Positions 56,360-63,030 of a stretch of DNA of 64,000 bases are shown here, one piece after another; position 1 is the stretch's first letter; every line of letters begins with the position of its first letter. The translations under genes were made by a program, and so were the position numbers. This DNA comes from a virus. Its lineage: Duplodnaviria > Heunggongvirae > Uroviricota > Caudoviricetes. Below the pieces are notes generated by a model. That model had not been told where the DNA came from. It saw only the letters and a program-made list of their open reading frames with translations, and searched no databases. Where the stretch lies: IMG/VR virus record IMGVR_UViG_3300031417_000403, positions 187,133-251,132 of that record. The stretch is one strand, 5' to 3'.

Positions 56360-56435
56360 GGTTCCTTAGCTCAGCTGGTAGAGCGGATGCCTTACAAGCA
56401 TTAGGTCGCAGGTTCGACTCCTGCAGGAACCACCA
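56360..56435 (+). tRNA. tRNA-Val (anticodon TAC), CCA encoded
   Basis: acceptor ggttcct/aggaacc, anticodon loop cttacaa. Confidence 0.8.
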
Positions 56436-56448
56436 AATCAATATGCAC

Positions 56449-56535
56449 TGTCGATAGTTCAAGTGGTAAGAACAGCTATACATTAGCGCATGAAAGGTTC
56501 AACTCCTTTCTCGCACAGTGCATATTGATTTGGTA
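56449..56535 (+). repeat. 12-bp inverted repeat (caatatgcactg/cagtgcatattg) enclosing a degenerate tRNA-like core
   Basis: core has D-arm gttc aagtggtaa gaac and T-arm aaagg ttcaact ccttt but no valid anticodon arm. Confidence 0.45.
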
Positions 56536-56633
56536 CACTGGAATGGTAAACATGGCCGAGTAAATCGGCCGGTGTGAGACGGACAGATAAAGCTGCGACG
56601 CTTTTAACAGTGTGCTTTAAATTCGTTGTGATG

Positions 56634-56639
56634 TATAAT
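56634..56639 (+). promoter_or_regulatory. promoter extended -10 tgtataat
   Basis: TGn-TATAAT. Confidence 0.5.
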
Positions 56640-56662
56640 TCTCTCATCAACTGGAGAATATT

Positions 56663-56887
56663 ATGGCAGACGTCAGGGTAACAGCAGCATTCGCACAAGC
56701 GATTGATCTTACGATCGAAAAGTTTTCGGATCACTTCGACGGCAAAGCTGAACAAGTAAAACGTCTGCTTCACGCAGACATGACCAAGTTTGAAATTGCG
56801 GCAGCGCTTCAATGTGCTGGCGTAAAAAATCAAAGCGATCTTGCACAAGCAATTCTGAATTGTGCTCGTCGAATTTTGAAGTGGTAA
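56663..56887 (+). CDS. hypothetical protein (74 aa)
   Basis: ATG after tgtataattctctcatcaactggagaatatt. Confidence 0.45.
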   Translation: MADVRVTAAFAQAIDLTIEKFSDHFDGKAEQVKRLLHADMTKFEIAAALQCAGVKNQSDLAQAILNCARRILKW

Positions 56888-56895
56888 CACATTTT

Positions 56896-56978
56896 GTACG
56901 TCCTATCCTTGGAGAGATAAGCTGCCTGTAAAGCAGTGGCCTTTGGCTGAACTGGTTCGATTCCAGTGGCGTGCACCA
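56896..56978 (+). tRNA. tRNA-Tyr-like (anticodon GTA, long variable arm), CCA encoded; acceptor with 2 G-U pairs
   Basis: anticodon arm gctgc ctgtaaa gcagt; variable ggcctttggctga; T-arm actgg ttcgatt ccagt. Confidence 0.5.
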
Positions 56979-57091
56979 TAATCAAAGCGTACTCTTGTAG
57001 TCCCGTCCATCAGGACGACCCGAATCGCGTGGACAAAGGGAACTCAATGAGTTTAGTGTAAGCAGCACACTTGAGTGCGCTTTGATTATGG
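56976..57091 (+). repeat. 14-bp inverted repeat (ccataatcaaagcg/cgctttgattatgg) bridging the 3' end of one tRNA and the 5' end of the next
   Basis: arms overlap CCA of upstream tRNA and first G residues of downstream tRNA; ~88-nt interior with hairpins. Confidence 0.45.
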
Positions 57092-57160
57092 GGTGTTTAC
57101 AGGGGTAGGCGCTGCACTTGCACTGCGGTAGGAGGGGTTCGAGTCCCCTACGCTCCACCA
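57090..57160 (+). tRNA. short tRNA-Ala-like (anticodon TGC, G3-U70), reduced D-arm, CCA encoded
   Basis: acceptor ggggtgt/acgctcc with G3-U70; anticodon arm ctgca cttgcac tgcgg; T-arm agggg ttcgagt cccct; only 71 nt. Confidence 0.45.
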
Positions 57161-57165
57161 GATTT

Positions 57166-57239
57166 GCCCGCGTAGCTCAATGGCAGAGCGCTGCATTGAC
57201 ATTGCAGATACAGTGGTCCGATTCCACTCGTGGGTACCA
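57166..57239 (+). tRNA. tRNA-Val (anticodon GAC)
   Basis: acceptor gcccgcg/cgtgggt, anticodon arm ctgca ttgacat tgcag. Confidence 0.7.
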
Positions 57240-57336
57240 GAATTCGCGAAGCTACGTAGCAATACGTGGCCAGACACAGCACGATGAAGAACGTTGAAAA
57301 AATACGAGTTAGTCGTCGGAGTGCTGTGACAGATAT

Positions 57337-57428
57337 GGAGGATAGGCTGCAAGGTGCAGACGCGGACTTGAAATCCGTCCCACTGGGGCCAACCCTCGGT
57401 GAGGGTTCGATTCCTTTATCCTCCGCCA
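57337..57428 (+). tRNA. tRNA-Ser (anticodon TGA), long variable arm
   Basis: acceptor ggaggat/atcctcc G73; anticodon arm gcgga cttgaaa tccgt. Confidence 0.75.
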
Positions 57429-57450
57429 AGTTTATATTTTGGAGAATGTG

Positions 57451-57687
57451 ATGGACGCAAAAACGCTGTTCAAGAAGTTACGCTTCGACGCGGAGTTCGG
57501 TACCAGTGAAGATACTCCGCGACCGATCATGACACATGGATCGCAAAGTCGTCAATCAGATTTTGCCACAGGCAAACGCCCAGGGCGTTTTGCACATCTC
57601 ACGAACGACTACATCGACAGTCTGTCCGATGCAGAACTCGAACGTGAAATGGTAACGTTTATCTATCGCTGTTTTCAACAGCGGTAA
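57451..57687 (+). CDS. hypothetical protein (78 aa)
   Basis: RBS ggaga before ATG. Confidence 0.45.
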   Translation: MDAKTLFKKLRFDAEFGTSEDTPRPIMTHGSQSRQSDFATGKRPGRFAHLTNDYIDSLSDAELEREMVTFIYRCFQQR

Positions 57688-57694
57688 CGAATTT

Positions 57695-57770
57695 GGGGGA
57701 TTAGCTCAGCTGGGAGAGCGGGTGCTTTGCAAGCATCAGGTCAACGGTTCGATCCCGTTATCCTCCACCA
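57695..57770 (+). tRNA. tRNA-Ala (anticodon TGC)
   Basis: canonical; G3-U70; loop tttgcaa. Confidence 0.85.
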
Positions 57771-57957
57771 AGTTTGCTGTATACGTTATGGACAAAAGAC
57801 GATCGTAATTCGATTGTGAAGGACGTGCGTGTACAGCGATCAAACGCAGGGTGCCAGTTTAGGCCGGATTAAAAAATCCCTGGATGGCTCGTCGATTTCC
57901 GCTTGACCGAGTACCGTATTAGAGACGTGGTCACCTCTAATAGCTATTGACCACTAT

Positions 57958-58097
57958 GGAGTTGTAGGGAATTGGAAAACCCACGTAAACATCGATTGCA
58001 AATCTTTGTTGTTTCTACAACCGCTCGCTAATTGGTTATCCACTGTAAATGGCGCGCCTCTGGCTTAGGTAGGTTCGAATCCTACCCAACTCCACCA
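57958..58097 (+). tRNA. long tRNA-like gene A (140 nt): tRNA acceptor/D/T arms plus ~65-nt conserved insertion (ATTGGTTATCCACT-GTA-AAT)
   Basis: acceptor ggagttg/caactcc, D-arm ggg aattggaaaa ccc, T-arm gtagg ttcgaat cctac, CCA; interior paralogous to the 59423 and 61502 genes. Confidence 0.45.
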
Positions 58098-58105
58098 GAA
58101 TTCTT

Positions 58106-58179
58106 GCGGGTATAGCTCAATGGTAGAGCTGAAGCCTTCCAAGCTTAAGACTGGGGTTCGATTCCCCATACCCGCTCCA
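58106..58179 (+). tRNA. tRNA-Gly (anticodon TCC)
   Basis: acceptor gcgggta/tacccgc U73; loop cttccaa. Confidence 0.8.
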
Positions 58180-58284
58180 TCATTTAAGGTCTTTGACGGA
58201 CTAGTCATCCGCTGTGGCGAAATACCGGTAGACTGCTGGAAAAGTAGTTATACACGACTTCACCCTAAGACACTGGGTGTTGAA

Positions 58285-58375
58285 GCAGAGACCTCAAATG
58301 ATGGAACCGTTGTTAATTGGTTATCAGGTGAAATACTGGCTTCGGTCAGTTAGAGGGTGTCGAATCCGCTCAGAC
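58285..58375 (+). repeat. degenerate copy of the ATTGGTTATC insertion module
   Basis: gaaccgttgttaattggttatcaggtgaaatactgg...gggtgtcgaatcc. Confidence 0.35.
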
Positions 58376-58491
58376 CGTGAAAACGGTTGCCTCTCAGAGG
58401 ACATTACCGATTGACGCTTTTTGTTCCTCTCTTTTTCGAGTGTTGGTGAGCTGGACATTTTGTTACCCAGTCGAACACTCTTTTTAACAAT

Positions 58492-58570
58492 GCCCACGTA
58501 CGCAATTTGGCAAAGCGGCGATGCTCAAAACATCGTGATTCTGCCGGTTCGACTCCGGCCGTGGGTACCA
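58492..58570 (+). tRNA. tRNA with anticodon CAA but short variable arm (non-canonical for Leu)
   Basis: acceptor gcccacg/cgtgggt, anticodon arm cgatg ctcaaaa catcg, T-arm gccgg ttcgact ccggc. Confidence 0.5.
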
Positions 58571-58575
58571 ACAAT

Positions 58576-58658
58576 GCGCCAGTAGATAATGTGAATTGGT
58601 ACAACTGACTCGTTTAGAGCGAGTAACCTTGTGGGTTCGAGTCCCACCTGGCGCACCA
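58576..58658 (+). tRNA. tRNA with anticodon TAG, enlarged D region and short variable arm (non-canonical for Leu)
   Basis: acceptor gcgccag/ctggcgc, anticodon arm actcg tttagag cgagt, T-arm gtggg ttcgagt cccac. Confidence 0.5.
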
Positions 58659-58670
58659 AACAAAAGTGAT

Positions 58671-59126
58671 ATGAAGAATATAACCGATGAAATGCTGACT
58701 GAAGCAGTAGCAGCGAGCACGACGTTCCGCGAAGTGCTTCGCAAGCTCGGCATCAAAGAAGCAGGCGGATCGCACGGCCACTATACGCGTCGTGCTAAAA
58801 ACCTCGGTCTCGACATGAGTCACATGCTCGGTAAGTCTTCATCATCTGGTAAGATTAGCCACAAACGAAAATATGCTGCAGACATTCTTGTGAAGCGAGA
58901 AAGCGGCGGTCGAGCAAAAGCAGAACAGCTTGTCAGAAGTTTGTTGGAAATTGGTAGGAAACATGAGTGTGAGAAATGCGGACAACTGCCTGAATGGCAC
59001 GGTCATCCACTGACGCTTGACGTCGATCACATCAATGAAGATTGGCTGGACGATCGTGCTGAGAACTTGCGGTTCTTGTGCCCGAACTGCCATAGTCAGT
59101 TAAGCAGACGTTTGATTCAAAAATAA
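58671..59126 (+). CDS. HNH homing endonuclease
   Basis: LDVDHINEDWLDDRAENLRFLCPNCH. Confidence 0.7.
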   Translation: MKNITDEMLTEAVAASTTFREVLRKLGIKEAGGSHGHYTRRAKNLGLDMSHMLGKSSSSGKISHKRKYAADILVKRESGGRAKAEQLVRSLLEIGRKHECEKCGQLPEWHGHPLTLDVDHINEDWLDDRAENLRFLCPNCHSQLSRRLIQK

Positions 59127-59127
59127 A

Positions 59128-59170
59128 ATTCAGCTTGTCGAAGAACAGTGTATAATGCTTGCTCTTCGAC
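59128..59170 (+). promoter_or_regulatory. 12-bp hairpin (gcttgtcgaaga/tcttcgacaagc) with -10 gtgtataatgctt in its loop
   Basis: terminator-like stem with TATAATGCTT subclass promoter inside. Confidence 0.45.
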
Positions 59171-59191
59171 AAGCTTTGAGAATACTTAGTT

Positions 59192-59262
59192 GCGGGTAGG
59201 GCCTGGTCACCAGCAGGGTCTCATAAGCCTTCGCCATCACACGTTCGAATCGTGTACCCGCT
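59192..59262 (+). pseudogene. tRNA-like pseudogene (CAT anticodon loop, defective D-arm, no CCA)
   Basis: acceptor gcgggta/tacccgc, anticodon arm agggt ctcataa gcctt, T-arm cacg ttcgaat cgtg. Confidence 0.3.
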
Positions 59263-59422
59263 ACTAAGTGTTTTTAAGAATGCTCGGCCGTACTTAATGC
59301 GGCACGCTTGAAATGAAGCCACGCATGACTGCCCACCGCGAAAGCGGTGCAAGGAGGAAGGTTGTGGTAGCAAGCATCAGCGATGGATAGTGATCCATTA
59401 CGAACTGCTAGAGTTCGACAAT

Positions 59423-59553
59423 TGAGGTGTAGTGTAAGGGTTAGCACGCGAAAAACATCGATCGCGCATTTTTGTTCAGCAATGAACCGCCCTGTGATTG
59501 GTTATCCACTCATAAAGGCGAAGATCCGGTTCGAGTCCGGACGACCTCAGCCA
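59423..59553 (+). tRNA. long tRNA-like gene B (131 nt) with conserved insertion (ATTGGTTATCCACT-CAT-AAAGG)
   Basis: acceptor tgaggtg/gacctca, D-arm gtg taagggttag cac, T-arm tccgg ttcgagt ccgga, CCA; D-stem covaries with gene A. Confidence 0.45.
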
Positions 59554-59574
59554 AGTTTATTGTGAAGCTGTCAT

Positions 59575-59700
59575 CCAAAATAGTAACCGCTTGCTTATTG
59601 GTTATCTACTTTTACTATGATGAAAAACCGAGAGGGTTCGATTCCCTTAATGTGCAGTGGTCAAGGGCACAATTCCCGATAGCTACTTTTGTTGCTATTT
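59575..59700 (+). repeat. 5'-truncated degenerate copy of the long tRNA-like gene
   Basis: aaccgcttgcttattggttatctacttttactatg...gagggttcgattccctt. Confidence 0.35.
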
Positions 59701-59722
59701 TGAATGACAGTTTCTGTTTTAT

Positions 59723-59797
59723 CGGAGTGTAGTCCAGTGGTAGGTCGCATGGTTTGGGACCATGAACTCGCAGGTTCGATTCCTGCCACTCCGACCA
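59723..59797 (+). tRNA. tRNA-Pro (anticodon TGG), copy 1
   Basis: acceptor cggagtg/cactccg, anticodon arm catgg tttggga ccatg. Confidence 0.8.
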
Positions 59798-60165
59798 ATT
59801 TATGGAGGATGCTATGACATCGCTAAACGCAACAAGGGTCAACCACGTACGTCTGTAAACGGCGTCAGTAAGAAATTCAAACGGATGGCGGAGTTATACA
59901 AATACTTCGCTCGACATTGGACAGGGTTAGACTTCAGCGATGAAGCATTACTCGAAATGTTCAACAGCGAATCTTATGGCACGAGAGTGAATCCGAAAAA
60001 CGGATACCTCATCGGCAAAGGTTACTTGAACATGACAGTGACATCCTGGAAAGAAGACATTGCACTCGGCACCTTGTTTGTCAAGGAACTGTATGCTGAT
60101 GGAAATTTTCCAGAATGGTGGCTCGACGGAATCTTCCAAGATTCGCCGGGCTACAAAGATAGAAT
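59798..60165 (+). mobile_element. insertion between duplicated tRNA-Pro genes carrying one ORF (59884..60175)
   Basis: both copies begin atcggagtgtagtccagtggtaggtcg; the ORF ends with TAG inside copy 2. Confidence 0.4.
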
Positions 60166-60175
60166 CGGAGTGTAG
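59884..60175 (+). CDS. hypothetical protein (97 aa) carried on the inter-tRNA-Pro insertion
   Basis: first in-frame ATG after tRNA copy 1; TAG stop. Confidence 0.35.
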
Positions 60176-60240
60176 TCCAGTGGTAGGTCGTCTGGTTTGG
60201 GACCAGAAACTCGGGTGTTCGATTCACCCCACTCCGACCA
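60166..60240 (+). tRNA. tRNA-Pro (anticodon TGG), copy 2
   Basis: acceptor cggagtg/cactccg, anticodon arm tctgg tttggga ccaga. Confidence 0.8.
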
Positions 60241-60245
60241 ACTTA

Positions 60246-60321
60246 GGCGAGGTAGCTCAGCGATTAGAGCGGCCGTCATTGCGACGGAGGTACGGTGGTT
60301 CAAATCCACCCCTCGCCACCA
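60246..60321 (+). tRNA. atypical tRNA (probable anticodon TTG, with A33 and C37)
   Basis: acceptor ggcgagg/cctcgcc, anticodon region gccgt cattgcg acgga, T-arm ggtgg ttcaaat ccacc. Confidence 0.45.
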
Positions 60322-60355
60322 AGAATTCGCGTTGATAGACGTATAAATACCCTCT

Positions 60356-60862
60356 TTGAGGAGCGTCTATCAAATGGCAAGAAATAAAATTGAAGTAACG
60401 AAAGAACAAATTGAATGGGCTTTAACGCAAAGTAATTCTGCGAAAGCTGCTTCAGATGTGATAGGATTATCCTTTATGACGTTCAAGCGACGTTGTAAAG
60501 AGTTTGGCTTGTACGCACCGAATCAAGGTTTGAAAGGTACGAAGAAGCCAAATCCAAAGTGGGAGATTCCACTTGAAAAGATTTTCAGCAACGAACACTT
60601 CATGACTGGCGCTGCCATCAAGAAGAAAATGTTGAAAGCAGGATTATGGACCGACGAGTGTTCCGAATGCAAACAGCCGCCCATGTGGAACGGCAAGAAG
60701 CTAGTTTTGCAGGTAGATCATATCGACGGTGATAAAACGAACAACGCGCAATCCAACCTCAGATTGCTATGTCCAAACTGCCATACGCAGACACATACCT
60801 TTTCGAAGGGCAAGTTCAGAACCAAAGCGGTTGTGGCGGAACTGGTAGACGCGTTAGGTTGA
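60356..60862 (+). CDS. HNH homing endonuclease (3' end overlaps tRNA-Leu)
   Basis: LQVDHIDGDKTNNAQSNLRLLCPNCH. Confidence 0.7.
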   Translation: MRSVYQMARNKIEVTKEQIEWALTQSNSAKAASDVIGLSFMTFKRRCKEFGLYAPNQGLKGTKKPNPKWEIPLEKIFSNEHFMTGAAIKKKMLKAGLWTDECSECKQPPMWNGKKLVLQVDHIDGDKTNNAQSNLRLLCPNCHTQTHTFSKGKFRTKAVVAELVDALG

Positions 60863-60913
60863 GGGCCTAATGCCCGAAAGGGCGTGTGGGTTCGAGTCCC
60901 ATCATCCGCACCA
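60827..60913 (+). tRNA. tRNA-Leu (anticodon GAG)
   Basis: class II; anticodon arm ttagg ttgaggg cctaa; variable tgcccgaaagggcg. Confidence 0.75.
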
Positions 60914-61103
60914 GAATATGGTGTAAGAACTTGTTCATGTGCGAGTACGTGTAACTGCCATCAGTCCGGTTATGCTTCCGACGCCTTGACTGTTCAACAG
61001 AGGACTAGTGCGGTACAATGGGAAATGCATAGGTTGGTAGCCGTCGCATATACTCCTCGTACTCAGGAGAATCTGATTGAGACAACATGAACAAACGAAC
61101 AAT

Positions 61104-61178
61104 GTCGCGTTAGCCCAGTGGTAAGGTCACGGATTGCAAATCCGATGTTCGGGGGTTCGATTCCCTCACGCGACTCCA
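61104..61178 (+). tRNA. tRNA-Cys (anticodon GCA)
   Basis: acceptor gtcgcgt/acgcgac U73; loop ttgcaaa. Confidence 0.75.
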
Positions 61179-61184
61179 AGTTTG

Positions 61185-61250
61185 ACAACCGACATGCATT
61201 GGTTATCTCGGAAAAATCTCCGATGCAAACTCTTTTGTTGTCATATAATT
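61185..61250 (+). repeat. degenerate ATTGGTTATC module fragment
   Basis: caaccgacatgcattggttatctcggaaaaatctccgatgc. Confidence 0.35.
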
Positions 61251-61252
61251 AT

Positions 61253-61354
61253 GCAGTGCCCATTGTCTGGGTGTAATGTCAGTCTGGTAGACGGCCTTGT
61301 TTGGAACGAGGAGGGCGCTGGTTCAAATCCAGCCACCCAGACAATGGGCACTGC
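61253..61354 (+). repeat. 21-bp perfect inverted repeat (gcagtgcccattgtctgggtg / cacccagacaatgggcactgc) enclosing a tRNA-like core
   Basis: inner 7 bp of each arm form the acceptor stem of the enclosed tRNA-like gene. Confidence 0.5.
61267..61341 (+). tRNA. tRNA-Pro-like (TGG loop) embedded in a 21-bp extended stem, no CCA
   Basis: acceptor ctgggtg/cacccag, anticodon arm ccttg tttggaa cgagg, T-arm gctgg ttcaaat ccagc. Confidence 0.4.
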
Positions 61355-61418
61355 GAATGAGTAAGTCCACATGAGATGACGCGTCGTCTCTTAACGGGTA
61401 TTGCCGGGTGGCAACTAT

Positions 61419-61493
61419 GCAGGTGTAGCTCAGCGGTAGAGTCTTTCGTTGCCAACGAAAATGTCGAGGGTTCGAATCCCTTCACCTGCTCCA
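61419..61493 (+). tRNA. tRNA-Gly (anticodon GCC)
   Basis: acceptor gcaggtg/cacctgc U73; arm tttcg ttgccaa cgaaa. Confidence 0.8.
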
Positions 61494-61501
61494 GTTTTAA
61501 T

Positions 61502-61638
61502 GTAGAGGTAGCTCAGTCTGGCAGAGCGACCGCCTCGTCGAAAGACACCTGTTTGCGCAACTTGTTGACAAACGTCAACCGAATGTGAATAGTTATCCAA
61601 GCAGTATGTCGTAGGTTCGAATCCTACCCTCTACACCA
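61502..61638 (+). tRNA. long tRNA-like gene C (137 nt) with variant insertion (AATAGTTATCCAAGCAGTATG)
   Basis: acceptor gtagagg/cctctac, D-arm gctc agtctggc agagc, T-arm gtagg ttcgaat cctac, CCA; internal hairpin gttgac aaac gtcaac. Confidence 0.45.
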
Positions 61639-61644
61639 AACCCG

Positions 61645-61690
61645 CTTGCAGCGTGCTGCAAGCTCGCTCCTGAACACGAGCGCTTTCAAA
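61645..61690 (+). terminator. tandem hairpins (cttgcagc gt gctgcaag; gctcg...cgagc)
   Basis: two perfect stems followed by ctttcaaaaagg. Confidence 0.35.
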
Positions 61691-61701
61691 AAGGTTCCGA
61701 T

Positions 61702-61787
61702 GCGGGTATAGCTCAGATGGTAGAGCACTTGACTTCCAATCAAGAGGCGAATAGTTTACGCAGGTTCGAATCCTGTTACCCGCTCCA
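61702..61787 (+). tRNA. tRNA-Gly (anticodon TCC) with ~11-nt insertion in variable region
   Basis: acceptor gcgggta/tacccgc U73, arm cttga cttccaa tcaag, variable aggcgaatagtttacg. Confidence 0.6.
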
Positions 61788-61898
61788 TATCAAAGCCCAC
61801 TGAATAGTGGTTGCGTCGAAAGACGGCAAGAATTCAACGCCTGCAGCGTGACCTCGCCCATTCGTGGTCAAGTGAATTCATTCAGTAGGCTTTGATAT
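61788..61898 (+). repeat. ~20-bp imperfect inverted repeat (atatcaaagcccactgaat / attcagtaggctttgatat) enclosing ~70 nt, abutting tRNA-Ser
   Basis: inverted-repeat arms directly seen; interior hairpins cgtc gaaa gacg. Confidence 0.45.
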
Positions 61899-61988
61899 GG
61901 AAGTATGGCAGAGTGGTCTATCGCGCCATCTTGGAAAGGTGGTGACTGGTAAAAAGGTCCGTGAGTTCGAATCTCACTACTTCCGCCA
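61899..61988 (+). tRNA. tRNA-Ser (anticodon GGA)
   Basis: class II, G73; arm ccatc ttggaaa ggtgg. Confidence 0.8.
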
Positions 61989-61995
61989 AAAATAC

Positions 61996-62086
61996 GGGGA
62001 TATGGGCAAATTCTGGTAAAGTCGCCACGTTCAGACCGTGGAGCCGCGAAAGCGTATTGTGGGTTCGAATCCCACTATCCCCACCA
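61996..62086 (+). tRNA. tRNA-Leu (anticodon CAG)
   Basis: class II; arm ccacg ttcagac cgtgg. Confidence 0.8.
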
Positions 62087-62096
62087 AGTTTCAATG

Positions 62097-62171
62097 CCCG
62101 AGGTAGCTCAGCGGTAGAGCAGGCTCCGTTATGGGAGCTGTGCGCTGGTTCGAATCCAGCCCTTAGGCCCA
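62097..62171 (+). tRNA. atypical tRNA (C3-A70 mismatch; 6- or 8-nt anticodon loop gttatg; TAT/Ile candidate)
   Basis: acceptor cccgagg/ccttagg, stem gctcc/ggagc enclosing gttatg, T-arm gctgg ttcgaat ccagc. Confidence 0.4.
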
Positions 62172-62193
62172 AGTTTTTATTGGGAGTTGTTAT

Positions 62194-62476
62194 GAAGCTA
62201 CGCAACATCTATCTCGGCTTCAAGGATCAACTGCCTTTAAGCCGCATGTGGCGGAACGTACGGAAAGGCGGGTTCGGTTGCTTCTGGCATCCACGAACAC
62301 ACGAACGATCTGACGGCCAGCCAAAAATAATGTACAATACCAGAGCTAGTGCAGTGAAAGCTGCGGCAGCGATGGAAAAGAAAACGGGTAACGCGTTCGG
62401 TAAATGGAAGTGCTGGCGATGCGATGGTTATCACATCGGCAAGAACTCTCCAAGCAACAACGAACAAGCACCGTAA
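62194..62476 (+). CDS. hypothetical Cys/Trp-rich protein (94 aa)
   Basis: RBS gggag before ATG; 5' ORF extension overlapping tRNAs is an artefact. Confidence 0.45.
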
Positions 62477-62483
62477 AGATTTT

Positions 62484-62559
62484 GCCGGTTTAGCTCATCT
62501 GGTAGAGCACTTGATTTGTAATCATGGGGTGGCGGGTTCGAGTCCTGCAACCGGCACCA
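62484..62559 (+). tRNA. tRNA-Thr (anticodon TGT)
   Basis: acceptor gccggtt/aaccggc; loop tttgtaa. Confidence 0.75.
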
Positions 62560-62565
62560 AGTTTC

Positions 62566-62639
62566 GCCCCACTAGTTCAATGGTAGAACAGGAGCTTTGT
62601 AACCTTCAAACGTCAGTTCGATTCTGTCGTGGGGCACCA
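62566..62639 (+). tRNA. tRNA with TGT anticodon loop (second Thr-like; C31-C39 mismatch)
   Basis: acceptor gccccac/gtggggc; arm ggagc tttgtaa ccttc. Confidence 0.5.
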
Positions 62640-62815
62640 AGTTAAGAAGAGGCGTCGTGGAAAGCAAGGTCTCAGGCATGGGATTCGGACACGATTGACG
62701 GATGGACTGTTCCCGGTGCACCGGCGCATTAAACAGATGATGGCGTAGCGACCATCCCTTTTCTTGCAAGTTCAAATGACAGCATAAATAGTCTACACAA
62801 AATGTGAGGACGTGT

Positions 62816-62821
62816 TATAAT
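62816..62821 (+). promoter_or_regulatory. promoter TATAAT-GCTTTC subclass upstream of toxin-antitoxin pair
   Basis: tgttataatgctttcattg. Confidence 0.5.
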
Positions 62822-62850
62822 GCTTTCATTGACAGACAACGAGGTACACC

Positions 62851-63030
62851 ATGGCTAACAAAACTACTCTGATCGCTGAAGTCGCACTGCGCGAAGCTAT
62901 CGAAGCAGATGACAGTGGCCTGGACAAAGAAGTGCTTTTCGAAGCTGTGCAAGTCAAAGAAGAAGACTTGTCGGCGCCGGTTGATGGTGCGACTCTTCTG
63001 ATGCAGTTGGCGCAGGAAGGTCTTCTGTGA
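62851..63030 (+). CDS. small acidic protein, putative antitoxin
   Basis: ATG after gttataatgctttcattgacagacaacgaggtacacc; overlaps toxin start (GTGA). Confidence 0.45.
   Translation: MANKTTLIAEVALREAIEADDSGLDKEVLFEAVQVKEEDLSAPVDGATLLMQLAQEGLL

Noticed and set aside
58120-58353. ORF-track proteins overlapping tRNA genes (58120..58353, 57266..57451, 61376..61588, and the 5' parts of 59762..60175 and 61961..62476)
   Set aside because: They read through well-formed tRNA cloverleaves; only the downstream tRNA-free portions were kept.
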